Part shown: positions 35,433-48,500 of the stretch, piece by piece
Layout of the letters: each line of letters opens with the position of its first letter
How positions within the stretch are numbered: the stretch's first letter is position 1
Origin: Mobula hypostoma
Taxonomy: Eukaryota
DNA: 64,000 nt
Assembly (NCBI RefSeq): GCF_963921235.1
Contig: NC_086108.1
Location: 68,574,001-68,638,000 of the forward strand
Direction of reading: 5' to 3'
Notes under the pieces: generated by a model
Databases searched by the model: none
Told to the model about the DNA's origin: nothing
Seen by the model: the letters and a program-made list of their open reading frames with translations, nothing else
Translations under genes and position numbers: made by a program

Positions 35433-37264
35433 ATTCCCTTACTCCTGGTTAGATTCCAAATTACAGATTGAGATATTCTGCACTTATGTAAACCTTTTAC
35501 ACTATTTGTTCACACTAAACGTTAAGTTGCTTGAAAATTCCCTGACACTACTTATCTATTGCTTTGCACTTTTCCAAGATTTGTTTACATATTGTCCTTT
35601 TCATCTCCTTTGGCTGCCCAATGCTCTGAACTGTGTAAATGCCATACATTTGTTCCTCAGTTCACCCCAGTCAGTCTCATTTGTTGATCATCCCAGCCTT
35701 TCATCCTTTTGCCCCATTTTGTACAACGTTTTATTTCTATTAATTTCTGTTTTTACCCACCAACAATCTTGACTGGAAACCCTGTGGCAGAAGCCACAAA
35801 AAAAACATAATTTAAAAACAATCAAACCAGTATAACAAAATCAAGTAAAAAGTCCAACATACATTTCTGCTGAGTTCATCTAGCGTCTTGAGGGTATTGC
35901 CAGTTTTGTATTTAATATTTCAGTAATATTTGAGTAATATTGTAAATACATTGTTTGATTAAGCATTCTTTCTTTGTTTTCAGAATTCATTACAGGTTAA
36001 GTGTAAGAAGTACATGAATGGTATACATCATTATGCCACCATGCCTCACTGAAAAAAATGAGAAAAAACAACTAAATAGATTAGTATCCAGGTTCCCATG
36101 TTTTTCTTTTAATCAGTTTCTAGAGTTACACAATGTAACAGTAACAATGAGGAAATTCTAAAGTGAACCAGAGTTGAATGCCTACCTGTTGAAGTGTCAC
36201 ATATTTTTCTTTCAAAGTGGAGAGAATGACATTCAAGTTTAAAAATAGGCAGAAAATGGACAAAATTAACAAGCAATGAGTACAGCCATGGGTTCATAAC
36301 AGTAAGTACCAGGTGATAACGTAAATAAATAAGTAAATAAGCAGACAAACAAACAGATAGATAAATAACTAAAGCAGAAGTGGTTGGCTACTTTGGAAAG
36401 ATAGATGCATTCGATTGCACAACAGATAACTGGATTATACATACTGAACGAATTGAGCAGTGTTTTGAAGAAAGTGAAATAGCCAATGAGAAATGAATGC
36501 CAGTGTTGCTGAGAGCAATGGGTAGGAAAGCATACAGTTTGCTTAGAAGCTTAGCTTCTCCAACCAAACTAGCCAAAATGAGCTTTGTTGATATCGTGAA
36601 GGAAATGCAGGAACACTTATAACCAAAACAATTGTTGATTGCAGAACACATTAGGTTTCATAAGCAGAATCAAGAGTGAGTCCATTATATGCGGCTGAAT
36701 TGAAGAAATTGTCCAAGTATTGTCAGTTCAGTGATGGTCTTAATGATTCACTGAGAGGTCAATGTGGAATCTTACATAAAGACGGCTCCTAATGGAAGCA
36801 CAACTCACATTTAAAAGAGCAATCGAAATCACTGTATCAAAGGAAAATGCAGCTGCAGACACAATTGAGTTGCAGTCACAAATGAAGGTGAGTGTGTGAC
36901 ATCTAAACAAAAACATGCCTGGTCAAACAAATTGTGTTACCATTGTGGCAGGGGCTCACATACACCCGACCCGTGCAGGTTTGAAGAAACACCTTGCAGA
37001 AAATGCAGCAAAGTAGGACACATACAAAGAGAATTCTAGGCAGACAAAAATAAATAGACTACACAGGGAAGAGAAGATGATAAAAACTCAAGTTGCAGAT
37101 TCAAAAAGAACACCAATCTGCATGTTATTGATGAAAAAACTAATAACGATTAGAGGAACACAGGTCTGTGTAGTCTTGAGATTTAAAATGTGAAAATTAA
37201 CAAGCAAGATGGCTTACACCAGAAGTAACTGACAAATTAATTAAAACAGAATTGAATACTGCCT

Positions 37265-38495
37265 ACAACAGTCCTCTGTCAAAATGCCATCCCCTTCTCG
37301 CAATTCCTCCATCTCCGCCGCATCTGCTCTCAGGATGAGGCTTTTCATTCCAGGACGAAGGAGATGTCCTCCTTTTTTAAAGAAAGGGGCTTCCCTTCCT
37401 CCACCATCAACTCTGCTCTCAAACGCATCTCCCCATTTCACGCACACCTGCTCTCACTCCATCCTCCCGCCACCCCACTAGGAATAGGGTTCCCCTGGTC
37501 CTCCCCTACCACCCCACCAGCCTCCGGGTCCAACATATTATTCTCCATAACTTCCGCCACCTCTAACGGGATCCCACCACTAAGCACATCTTTCCCTCCC
37601 CCCCCCCTACATTCCGCAGGGATCGCTCCCTACGCAACTCCCTTGTCCATTCGTCCCCCCCATCCCTCCCCACCGATCTCCCTCCTGGCACTTATCCTTG
37701 TAAGCAGAACAAGTGCTACACATGCCCTTACACTTCCTCCCTTACCACCATTCGGGGCCCCAGACAGTCCTTCGAGGTGAGGCAACACTTCACCTGTGAG
37801 TTGGCTGGAATGATATACTGCGTTCAGTGCTCCCGATGTGGCCTTCTATATATTGGCGAGACCCGACGCAGACTGGGAGACTGCTTTGCTGAATACCTAC
37901 ACTCTGTCCACCAGAGAAAGCAGGATCTCCCAGTGGCCACACGTTTTAATTCCACATCCCATTGCCATTCTGACATGTCTATCCATGGCCTCCTCTACTG
38001 TAAAGATGAAGGCACACTCAGGTTGGAGGAACAACACCTTATATTCCGTCTGGGTAGCCTCCAACCTGATGGCAGGAACATTGACTTCTCTAACTTCTGC
38101 TAATGCCCCACCTTCCCCTCGTACCCCATCCGTTATTTATTTTTATACACACATTCTTTCTCTTACTCTCCTTTTTCTCCCTCTGTCCCTCTAACTATAC
38201 CCCTTGCCCATCCTCTGGGTTCCCCTCCCCTTGTCTTTCTCCCTGGGCCTCCTGTCCCATGATCCTCTCATATCCCCTTTGCCAATCACCTGTCCAGCTC
38301 TTGGCTCCATCCCTCCCCCTCTTGTCTTCTCCTATCATTTTGGATCTCCCCCTCCCCCTCCCACTTTCAAATCTCTTACTAACTCTTTCTTCAGTTAGTC
38401 CTGACGAAGGGTCTCGGCCTGAAGTGTCGACTGTACCTCTTCCTAGAGATGCTGCCTGGCCTGCTGCGTTCACCAGCAACTTTGATGTGTGTTGC
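37265..38495 (+). mobile_element. Penelope-like element, 5'-truncated (RT thumb, Cys linker, GIY-YIG, pLTR)
   Basis: GMIYCVQCSRCGLLYIGETRRRLGDCFAE; perfect 13-bp TSD TTGAATACTGCCT (37252-37264 / 38496-38508). Confidence 0.93.
38397..38432 (+). ncRNA. Minimal hammerhead ribozyme motif in the Penelope pLTR (GAAA mutated)
   Basis: AGTC-CTGACGA-AGGGTCTCGGCCT-GAAG-TGTC-GACT. Confidence 0.65.
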
Positions 38496-40748
38496 TTGAA
38501 TACTGCCTCATCTGTTTCAGTCATTCCACAAAATGAGTTTGAACAATATTTCAAAGATACTGAACTGAAGCCTGAAGAAATCCAACAAAGAATTTATACT
38601 GGAGAAAAGTTAACTCCTGTGGGAATTTGTAACAATGAAATGCAACAAAAAACAGGTCACATTCAGCTTGTATGTGGTAATAACAGGAGGACCAGCAATG
38701 GCGGATATGATTGGTTAAGACAACTACAACTTGATTGGGGATCCATCCACCACTTGCTTGCTAAATCCCCTGCAGAAGACTCAAGTGAAAAGGAATTAAG
38801 GAAGACCACAAAACCATAAGATTTCGGAGCAGAATTAGGCCATTTGGCCCTTGGAGTCTGCTTTGCCATTTCATCATAGCTAATTGAATTCTCTCTCAAG
38901 CCCAGTCTCCTGCCCTCTACCCATTACCCTTCATTCCCTCACTAATCAAGAACTTATCAACCTCTGCCTTAAATATATCCAATGACTTGGTCTCCACAGC
39001 CACCTGTAGCAACAAATTCTACAGATTCACCACTCTCTTGCTAAAGAAATTCTTCCTCATCTCTATTCTAGATGAACATTCCTCTATTCTGAGGCTGTGT
39101 CCTCTGGGCCTAGACAATCCTACCACAGGAAACAACCTCTCATATCCACTCTATCTAAGCCTTTCAACATTCAATAGGTTTCACTGAGATCCTCCTCATT
39201 CTTCTGAATTCCATTGAGAACATGACCAGGTCTTCATATGGCAACCCTTTCATTCCCAGAATCATTCTTGTGAACCTCCTTTGAACCCTCTCCAATGTCA
39301 GCGCATCCTTCCTTCGATAAGGGGCCCAAAACTGCTCACAACACTCCATGTGATTCCTTACCAATTCCTTATAGAGCCTCAACATTACATACTTGCTTTT
39401 ATATTTCAGTCCTCTCGAAATGAATGCTAACATCACATTTGCCTTCCTGATCACCAACTCAACCTGCAATTTAGCCTTTAGGGAATCCTTTATGAGAACT
39501 TCTAAGCCCCTTTGCACCTCAGATTTTTTTAAATTTTCTTTCCATTTAGAAAATAGTTAATAGTTTTATTTCTTCTATCAAAGTGCATAACCATACACTT
39601 CCCAATACTATATTCCATCTGCCACTTCTTTGCCTTTTCTCCTAATCTGTCTAAGTCCTTCTGTAGCCTCTCTACTTCCTCAAAACTACCTGCCCCTCCA
39701 CCTATCTTCATATCATCTGCAAACTTGGCCGTAAAGTTATCAATTCCACTATCCAAATCATTGACATATAGCGTGAAGAATCAGTCCCAACACAGTACCC
39801 TGTGGAACACTAGTAGTCACCAACAGCCAGGCAGAGAAGGTTCCTTTTATTCCCACTCTTTGCCTCCTGGCAATCAGCCACTGCTTTATCCAAGCTAGAA
39901 TCTTCCCTGTAATACCATAGGCTTGTAGCTTGTTAAGCAGCCTCATGTGTGGCACCTTGTCAAAGGCCTTCTGAAAATTCAAGTGCACAACATCAACCAG
40001 TTCTCCCTTGTCTATCCTGATTGTTATTTCTACAAAGAATTCAAACAGATTTGCCAGGCAAGATTTTCCCTTTAGGAAACCATGCTGACTATGGCCTATT
40101 TTATCGTGTGCCTCCAAGTACCAAGAAACCACATCCTTAACAATCGACCCCAATATCTTCCGAACCACTGAAGTAAAATTAACTGGCCTATAATTTCCTT
40201 TCTTCTGCGTCTCTCCTTTCTTGAAGAGTGGAATGACATTTGCAATTTTCCAATCGTCCGGAAGCATGCAGAATCTATTGATTCTTGAAAGATCATTACT
40301 AATGCCTCCATTATGTCTTCAGCCATATTTTTTGGAAACCTGGTTGTGTAGTCCATCTGGTCCAGGTGATTTATCTATCTTCAGACCTTTTAGTTTCACA
40401 AGCACCTTCTCCCTAATAATGGCAACTTCATTCACTTCTGCCCCCGACACTCTCGAACTTCTAGCATACTGCTACTGTTTTTCACAGTGAAGACTGATGC
40501 AAAGTACTTATTGAGTTCATCTGCCATTTCCTTGTCTCCCATTACTACCTCTCTAGTATGATTTTACAGTGTATATTTGAAAAAACTTTGGTATATCCTT
40601 TAATGTTATTAGCTAGCTTACTTTTGTATTCCCTCTTTTCCCTCTTCATGATTTTTTTAGTTGCCATCTGTTGGTTTTTAAAAGCTTCCCAATCCTCTAA
40701 CTTCCCACTAAATTTTGCTCTATTATATGCTTTCTGTTTAGCTTTTAT

Positions 40749-43700
40749 AGAAACATAGAAACACAGAAAACCTACAGCACAATAGAGGCCCTTCGACCTA
40801 CAGAGTTGTGCCGAACATATCGCTACCTTAGAAATTACTAGGCTTACCTACAACCCTCTATTTTACTAAGCTCCATGTACCTACCTAGTAGTCTCTTAAA
40901 AGACCCTATCGTATCTGCCTCCACCACCATTGCCGGCAGCCCATTCCATGCACTCACCACTCTCTGAGTAAAAAACTTACCCCTGACATCTCCTCTGTAC
41001 CTACTCCCCAGCACCTTAAACCTGTGTCCTCTTGTGGCAACTATTTCAGCCCTGGGAAAAAGCCTCTGACTATCCACACGATCAATGCTTCTCATCATCT
41101 TGTACACCTCTATCAGGTCACCTCTCATCCTCTGTCGCTCCAAGGAGAAAAGGCCAAGTTCACACAACCTATTCTCATAAGGCATGCTCCCCAATCCAGG
41201 CAACATCCTTGTAAATCTCCTCTGCACCCTTTCTATGGTTTCCACATCCTTCCTATAGTGAGGCGACCAGAACTGAGCACAGTACTCCAAATGGGGTCTG
41301 ACCAGGGTCCTATATAGCTGCAACATTACCTCTCGGCTCCTAAGTTCAATTCCACGATTAATGAAGGCCAATACACCATATGCCTTCTTAACCATAGAGT
41401 CAACCTGCGCAGCTGTTTTGAGCGTTCTATGGACTCGGACCTCAAGATCCCTCTGATCCTCCACACTACCAAAAGTCTTACGATTAATACTATATTCTGC
41501 CATCATATTTGACCTACCAAAATGAACCACTTCACTCTTATCTGGGTTGAACTCCATCTGCCACTTCTCAGCCCACTTTTGCATCCTATCGATGTTCCGC
41601 TGTAACTTCTGACAGCCTCCACACTATCCACAACACCTCCAACCTTTGTATCATCAGCAAACTTTCTAACTCATCCAGGTCATTTATAAAAATCATGAAG
41701 AGTAAGGGTCCCAGAACAAATCCCTAAGGCACACCACTGGTCACCGACCTCCATGCAGAATATGACCCATCTACATCCACTCTTTGCCTTCTGTGGGCAA
41801 GCCAGTTCTGGATCCAAGCAATGTCCCCTTGGATCCCATGCTTCCTTATTTTCTCAATAAGCCTTGCATGGTGTACCTTATCAAATGCCTTGCTGAAATC
41901 CAGATACACTACATCTTCTGCTCTTTCTTCATCAATGTGTTTAGTCACATCTTCAAAAAATTCAATCAGGCTCGTAAGGCAAGAACTGCCCTTGACAAAG
42001 CCATGCTGACTACTCCTAATCATATTATGCCTCTCCAATTGTTCATAAGTCCTACCTCTCAGGATCTTCTCCATCAACTTACCAACCACTGAGGTAAGAC
42101 TCACTGGTCTACAATTTCCTGGGCTATATCTACTCCCTTTCTTGAATAAAGGAACAACATCCACAACCATCCAATCCTCCAGAACCTCTCCCATCCCCAT
42201 TGATGATGCAAAGATCATCGCCAGAGGCTCTGGAATCTCCTTCCTCACCTCCCACAGTAGCCTGGGGTACATCTCATCCAGTCCCGGTGACTTACCCAAC
42301 TTGATGCTTTCCAAAAGCTCCAGCACATCCTCTTTCTTAATATCTACATGGTCAAGCTTTTCAGTCTGCTGCAAGTCATCACTACAATCACCAAGATCCT
42401 TTTCCATAGTGAATACTGAAGTAAAGTATTCACTAAGTACTGCTATTTCCTTCAGTTCCATACATACTTTCCCACTGTCACACTTGATAGGTCCTATTCT
42501 TTCATGTCTTATCCTCTTGCTCCTCACACACTTGTAGAATGCCTTGGGGTTTTCCTTAATCCTACCCGCCAAGGCCTTCTCATGGCCCCTTCTGGCTCTC
42601 CTAATTTCCTTCTTAAGCTCCTTCTTATTAGCCTTATAATCTTCTAGATCTCTAACATTACCTAGCTCTCTGAACCTTTTGTAATCTTTTTTTTTCTTCT
42701 TGACTAGATTTATTACAGCCTTTGTACATCACAGTTCCTGTGCCCTCCCATAACTTCCCTGTCTCATTGGAACGTACCTGTGCAGAACTCCACATAAATA
42801 TCCTCTGAATATTTGCGTCATTTCTTCCATACTTTTCCCTGAGAACATCTGTTTCCAATTTAAGCCTCCAATTTCCTGCCTGATAGACTCATAATTCCCC
42901 TTACTCCAATTAAATGCTTTTCTAACTTGTCTGTTCCTATCTCTTTCCAATGCTATTGTAAAGGAAACAGAATTATGATCATTATCTCCAAAATGCTCTC
43001 CCATTGAGAGATCTGACACCTGATCAGGTTCATTTCCCAATACCAAATCAAGTACAGCCTCTCCTCTTGTAGGCTTATCTACATATTGTGTCAAGAAACT
43101 TTTCTGAGCACACGTAACAAACTCCACCCTATCTAAACCTCTAGCTCTAGGGAGATGCCAATCGATATTTGGGAAATTAAAATCTCCCATCACGACAACT
43201 CTGTTATTATTACACCTTTCCAGGATCTGTTTCCCTATCTGTTCCTCGATATCTCTGTTACTATTGGGTGGCCTATAAAAAACACCCAGTAAAGTTATTG
43301 ACCCCTTCCTGTTCCTAACCTCCACCCACAGAGACTCCGTAGACAATCCCTCCATGGCGCCCATCTTTTCTGCAGCCGTGACACTATCTCTGATCAACAG
43401 TGCCACGCCCCCACCTCTTTTGCCTCCCTCCCTGTCCTTTCTGAAATATCTAAAACCCGACACTTGAAGTAACCATTCCTTTCATTTTAAATCTTTTTAT
43501 TAATTTTCCAAAATTATAAATGGAATAACAATATTGATACAGAGAGATTGGAATAATCTTATTGTTGATAAACGTGTACAAAAAAGACTTCAAATAATAC
43601 AGGTGTAATAGACTTCCAAACTCTTAATATAGTTAATCATAGAGAAAATAGAAATAAAAAGAAAAAAAAGCAAAGAAAAACCCAAAAAGGCAAATGGAAC

Positions 43701-45539
43701 AAAACAAGGCTAGACCAATATCTTAAATCAAATACATTCAATAATGTTGTCAACTCCGCTCCTCTATTCATATATTTTAATTTAATAAGAAGGATTCGGA
43801 AAAGGTCAAATTACATCATATGAAAATGTTGAATTCAGGGTAAGTGGTTTTCAAGTCTCTTCAAATTTAACCGAAGGATCAAAAATGTCACTTCTAATTT
43901 TTTCTAAATTTAAACATGATATAGTTTGGGAAAATCATTGAAATGTGGTAGGAGGGTTGGTCTCCTTCCAGTTCAATAAAATGGATCTTCTGGCCGTTAA
44001 AGTAACAAATGTGATCATCTGACAGGCCGAAGATGATAAAGATCTATGTTCTGTCATTGGCAAACCAAAAATTGCCGTAATAGGATGGGTTTGTAAGTCA
44101 AAACGCGAAACTGTTGAAATAATATCAAAAGTATCTTTCCAGAATTTTTCCAAGAGAGGGCAGGACCAAAACATATGGGTCAAAGAAGCCACCTCAGAGT
44201 GACATCCATCACAGATAGGGTTTATATGGGAATAAAAATGAGCTAGTTTATCTTTAAACATATGGGTGAAGTAACCATTCCTGTCCCTGGGCCATCCAAG
44301 AGTCTGTAATGGCCACCACATTATATCTCCAACTATTGATCCACGCTCTAAGCTCATCCGCTTTGTTCACAACACTCCTTGCGTTAAAACAGACACATCT
44401 CAAACCTTCAGTCTGAGCGCGTCTCTTCTCTATCACCTGCCTATCCGCCCTCTCGCACTGTATACAAGCTTTCTCTGCTTGTGAGCCAACCTCCTCTTCC
44501 CCAGTCTCTTCAGTTCGGTTCCCAACCCCAACAATTGTAGTTTAAACTCTCCCCGGTAGCCTTACCAAACCTCCCCACCAGGATATTGGTCCCCCTGGGA
44601 TTCAAGTGCAACCCGTCCTTTTTGTACAGGTCACACCTGCCCCAGAAGAGGTCCCAATGATCCAGAAATCTAAATCCCTGCCCCCTGCTCCAATCCCTCA
44701 GCCACGCATTTATCCTCCACCTCATTCTATTCCTATTCTCACTGTCGTGTGGCACAGGCAGTAATCCCGAGATTACTACCTTTGTGGTCCTGCTTCTCAA
44801 CTTCCTCCCTAACTCCCTGCAGTCTTTTTTCAGGACCTCTTCCCTTTTCCTCCCTATGTCATTGGTACCAATATGTACCATGACCTCTGGCTGTTCTCCC
44901 TCCCACTGCAGGATATCTTGAACGCGATCTGAAATATCCTGGACCCTGGCACCTGGGAGGCAAACTACCATCTGAGTTTCTTTCCTGCATCCACAGAATC
45001 GCCTGCCTGACCCCCTAACTATAGAGTCCCCTATCACTGCTGCCATCCTCTTCCTTTCCCTACCCTTCTGAGCTACAGGGCCAGACTCTGTGCCAGAGGC
45101 GCAGCCACTGTTGCTTCCCCCAGGTAGGCCGTCTCCTCCAACAGTACTCAAACAAGAGTACTTATTGTCAAGGGGTACAGCCACAGGGGTACTCTCTGGT
45201 ACCTGAATCTTCCCCTTCACCCTCCTGACTGTGACCCACTTGTCTGTCTTCCGTGGCCCCGGTGTGACCACCTGCCTATAACTCCTTTCTATCACCTCCT
45301 CACTCTCCCTGACCGGGCGAAGGTCATCGAGCTGTATCTTCAGTTCCCTAACTCAGTCCCTCAGGAGCTGCAGCTCAACACACCTGGTGCAGATATGGCC
45401 ATCCGGGAAGCTGGGAGACTCCAGGACCTCCCACATCTGACACTGAGCACAGAAAACTGGCCTCACACTCATACTACTTCCTTTCCGCAGGCATAGGTAC
45501 ACCTACCTCGCATCTTCCCGTTACCACCTAAGCCCGTTG
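40749..45539 (-). mobile_element. Near full-length CR1 LINE nested in another CR1
   Basis: ORF1 44510..45295 with VIGDS, GTND and DGLHLN (SGNH). APE 42729..43463; RT 41724..42572 and 40844..41584. (TTCTATGT)-type tail; short TSD TTTAT (40744-40748 / 45540-45544). Confidence 0.94.
43481..44266 (-). mobile_element. L1-clade 3' fragment nested in the CR1 endonuclease region
   Basis: Perfect 16-bp TSD TGAAGTAACCATTCCT (43465-43480 / 44267-44282); CDGC...HMFWSC knuckle homologous to 16055..16495. Confidence 0.93.
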
Positions 45540-48500
45540 TTTATGTTGGCTTTGACTCCTTTATCAGACATGGTTGCATCATCCTGCCTTTAGAATACTT
45601 CCACTTCTTTGGGATGTATCTACTGTATATTGCACCTTCCAAATGGCTCCCAGAAATTCCAGCCACTGGTGCTCTGTGGTCATCCCTGTCAATGTCCCCC
45701 TCCAGTGAACCTGGGCCAGCTCCTTTCTCATGCCTCTGTAATGCCCTGCCCGTTCTTTGAATACAATGTGTATCCTTAGATGTTAAGCTTCCAGTCATAG
45801 TCTGGGAGGCACTGGATGATACCACAGCAGTGTTTAAGGACAGTATAGGAAAACTCAAACATATCAGAGGTAAGGTAGAGTTAAATGACAATGCCAAGCC
45901 CGAGTTTTACAAAGCCCATCTCATTCCTTATACCATCTGTGATAAAGTAGCCAGTGAGCTAGATCAGATGAAGATTGAAGGAATTCTTTCCAAGACTCAG
46001 GGGAGCCCAAGACCAACACCAGTGGTCTCAGTAGTCAAGAATCTGGCAGGATTTGTGGTGATTTAAACTCACCATTAACCCTGTATTGAAAGTAAATCAA
46101 TAACCACTGCCCAGGATAGACTATATCTTTGCAAACCTTTCTGGAGAGAAGGGAAAGGTCTGAGCTGAGGCCTACCTACGGATGGAGATAGAAGAAGATT
46201 CCAAACATAAGCACTATAAAAATGGCTTTATGGCTGTAATAGGCTTTGTTTTTGCACGTGCACTCTGGCAGAAAGCTGTGGACCAGGTGCTACAGGGTGT
46301 CCAGGCGCTCGGTGTTACCTGGATGACAGCATTGTCACCAGTGGGGATGACAAGGAATATCTCCAAAATTTCAAGACAGTGTTAAAAAGATTAGAAGCTT
46401 ATGGGCTCAAGCATGACACAACAAGCGTGAATTCTTTAAACCAAGCATCACTTACTGTGGTATCACTGACGCACAAGGATTACACAAGTGTGCTGAGAAA
46501 ATTCAATCAGTGCTGAATGCCCTAAAGCCAAAGGATGTGTTAGAGTTGCGGTCCTTCTTTGGAATTGTCACTCACTAAAAGAGGTTCCTGCCAAGCCTGG
46601 CTACTGTGCTCCACTCCTTGAATTCATGACTACAGATTGGGAAGAAATGGCAATGGACAAAGCAGTGGGAGAAGGCTTTCCAAAAGACAAAGGAAATGAT
46701 ATCAGACACTGTACTCACATATTATGATCCACATTGTCTGGTGAAGCTTGCCTGTGATGCCTCACCTTATGATAGAGGTGCAGTCATGTCTCATGCTAGG
46801 AGTGATGGAAGTGAAAGTTCCATAGCTTTTGCATCACATTCCCTTAGTGCTGCAGAGAAAAATTATGCACAGATTGACAGAGAGGCCTTGAGTCTAGTTT
46901 GGGATGTAAAACGTATCAACCAGTACCTGTATAGGAGAGAGTACCCTCATTACTGATCATCGACCACTGGTGTCCATTTTCACTCCTCAGAAGGGTGTTC
47001 CACTGACAGCAGCAGCACAAATGCAGAGATGGGCTCTGTTTCTTGGAGGACACAATTACAAGATTGAACGCAAGAGGACATAGAAATCATAGAAATGATA
47101 ATCAATTGTACTGTTTACCCCTGGAAAAGGAAATACCAGAAAAATACAAAAGAGGACACTCCTCTTGATGTGTTCTCCCTAATGCAAATTGAAAGTCTCC
47201 CTATTATGGCAGAGATGATCCAAAGGGAAACCTGAAAAGACCCCACACTGTCTCAGATCTACATAGCAACCCAAAATAGCTGGAATGCGCAGCAGAAATT
47301 CCAGTTCTCCCACTCACCTTCGCAGGGATGAACTTGCCCTTGATGGGGTTGCCTTTAACAGGGATTGAGAGTCTCTAGAATGCACTGTAAGGTCAGCAGA
47401 ACACACTACACTGACACTGAATCAGAAGATCAACAATTTCCTCCTTGCATATCGCAATGCAGCACACTCCAGAACCAACAACTCACCAGCAAAGCTGTTC
47501 CTCGGACATTTCTTGCATTCACACTTGGATCTCCTCAAATTCAATCTCAGAAGGAGTATGCAGGACAAACAGCTGAGATAAATTGAGGGCTTCTCAAACA
47601 ATGAGGTTCGATGTTTTAGTCCTGGACAAGCAGTCCTGGCGAGGGACTACAGAGATGATCAAAAGTGGCTACTTGGAAAGATAAAGGACAGAACTGGACC
47701 ACTCTCCTACACAGTGGAGATTGCATCTGATGTCTTCTGGAGATGACACATCGATCAGTTGAGGAGAACAGAGTCGATTGTTCATAAAGAAAGGTGTCTA
47801 GAGGCATCAGAACCACTTCCTGCCGTCCCAGAGTCAACTCCTGCAACCACCATGGAGGAGGGTCCAGAACCTGGATTGTTTCACAGTCACAAGTCTCGCC
47901 TGCCTAGCAGAGTGACCACACCACACACACACACACACTTGTCAGGAAAGATGTTATTCCGCTAGAATAAGAAATCCTTGAGTTGTGATGCATTCTGTGT
48001 TGAGTCAGAATTTATGGCTAAGCAAGGAGGAATGTGGTGTACATAAGTAATTTTTGAATCATATTGTAAAAATATTGTTTGATTAAACATTTGTTTGTTT
48101 ACATAATTCTGTATGAGTTATATGTATGTGAATGAGACACGCCGTTAATCCACCACGTCATCTGTGAGCACCTCACTAAAACAAGGGGAAAAAAGCTAAG
48201 GAGACCAGTATCCCAGCTCCTGTGTTTTGCTTTCAGTTAGTTTCTGGAATTACAAAGCATAACATTTCTCTGGGAAACCATTTGCTGAGAGCTGAGAAAT
48301 CTGTGGCTGGTTGTAGTGCATTGTTAGACTCTATGAGGGATCCTGGGCCTGGCATGACACACAACTCATGCTCATGCTTGGAAAAGGCTCGGCCAGGGGT
48401 TTGCCTGTTGACAGATCCAGGTAAATCCCACCAGAAGCTTCACTCTGTCTTTTTAAAGGTTAACCCATCTTCTCTACGCTCAGAGATTCAAATGTTCATT

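Larger units (their letters stand above)
38806..45780 (-). mobile_element. CR1 LINE (5'-truncated) inserted in Gypsy pol; itself split at 40748/45540
   Basis: ORFs 39164..39517, 39529..39756 (KFADD) and 39758..40267; continues at 45540-45780. Same family as 9487-13187. Confidence 0.9.
35904..48264 (+). mobile_element. Old Gypsy LTR retrotransposon (LTR-gag-PR-RT-RH-partial IN-PPT-LTR), expanded by nested insertions
   Basis: 5' LTR ~35904-36140. gag from ~36380 with CYHC...H...C / CRKC..GH knuckles (~36930-37030). Protease site (ELNTAS) at ~37250. YLDD at 46316-46327. RNase H LACDAS...NYAQIDREAL (46696..46956). PPT AAGCAAGGAGGAA at 48020-48032. 3' LTR 48033-48264 (TG...CA). Confidence 0.9.

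Noticed and set aside
38103..38819. 238-aa ORF as a host gene
   Set aside because: Accidental frame across the Penelope pLTR and the decayed Gypsy protease.
44510..45295. Stand-alone SGNH/GDSL lipase gene
   Set aside because: It is the well-known esterase domain of CR1 ORF1, directly upstream of APE-RT.
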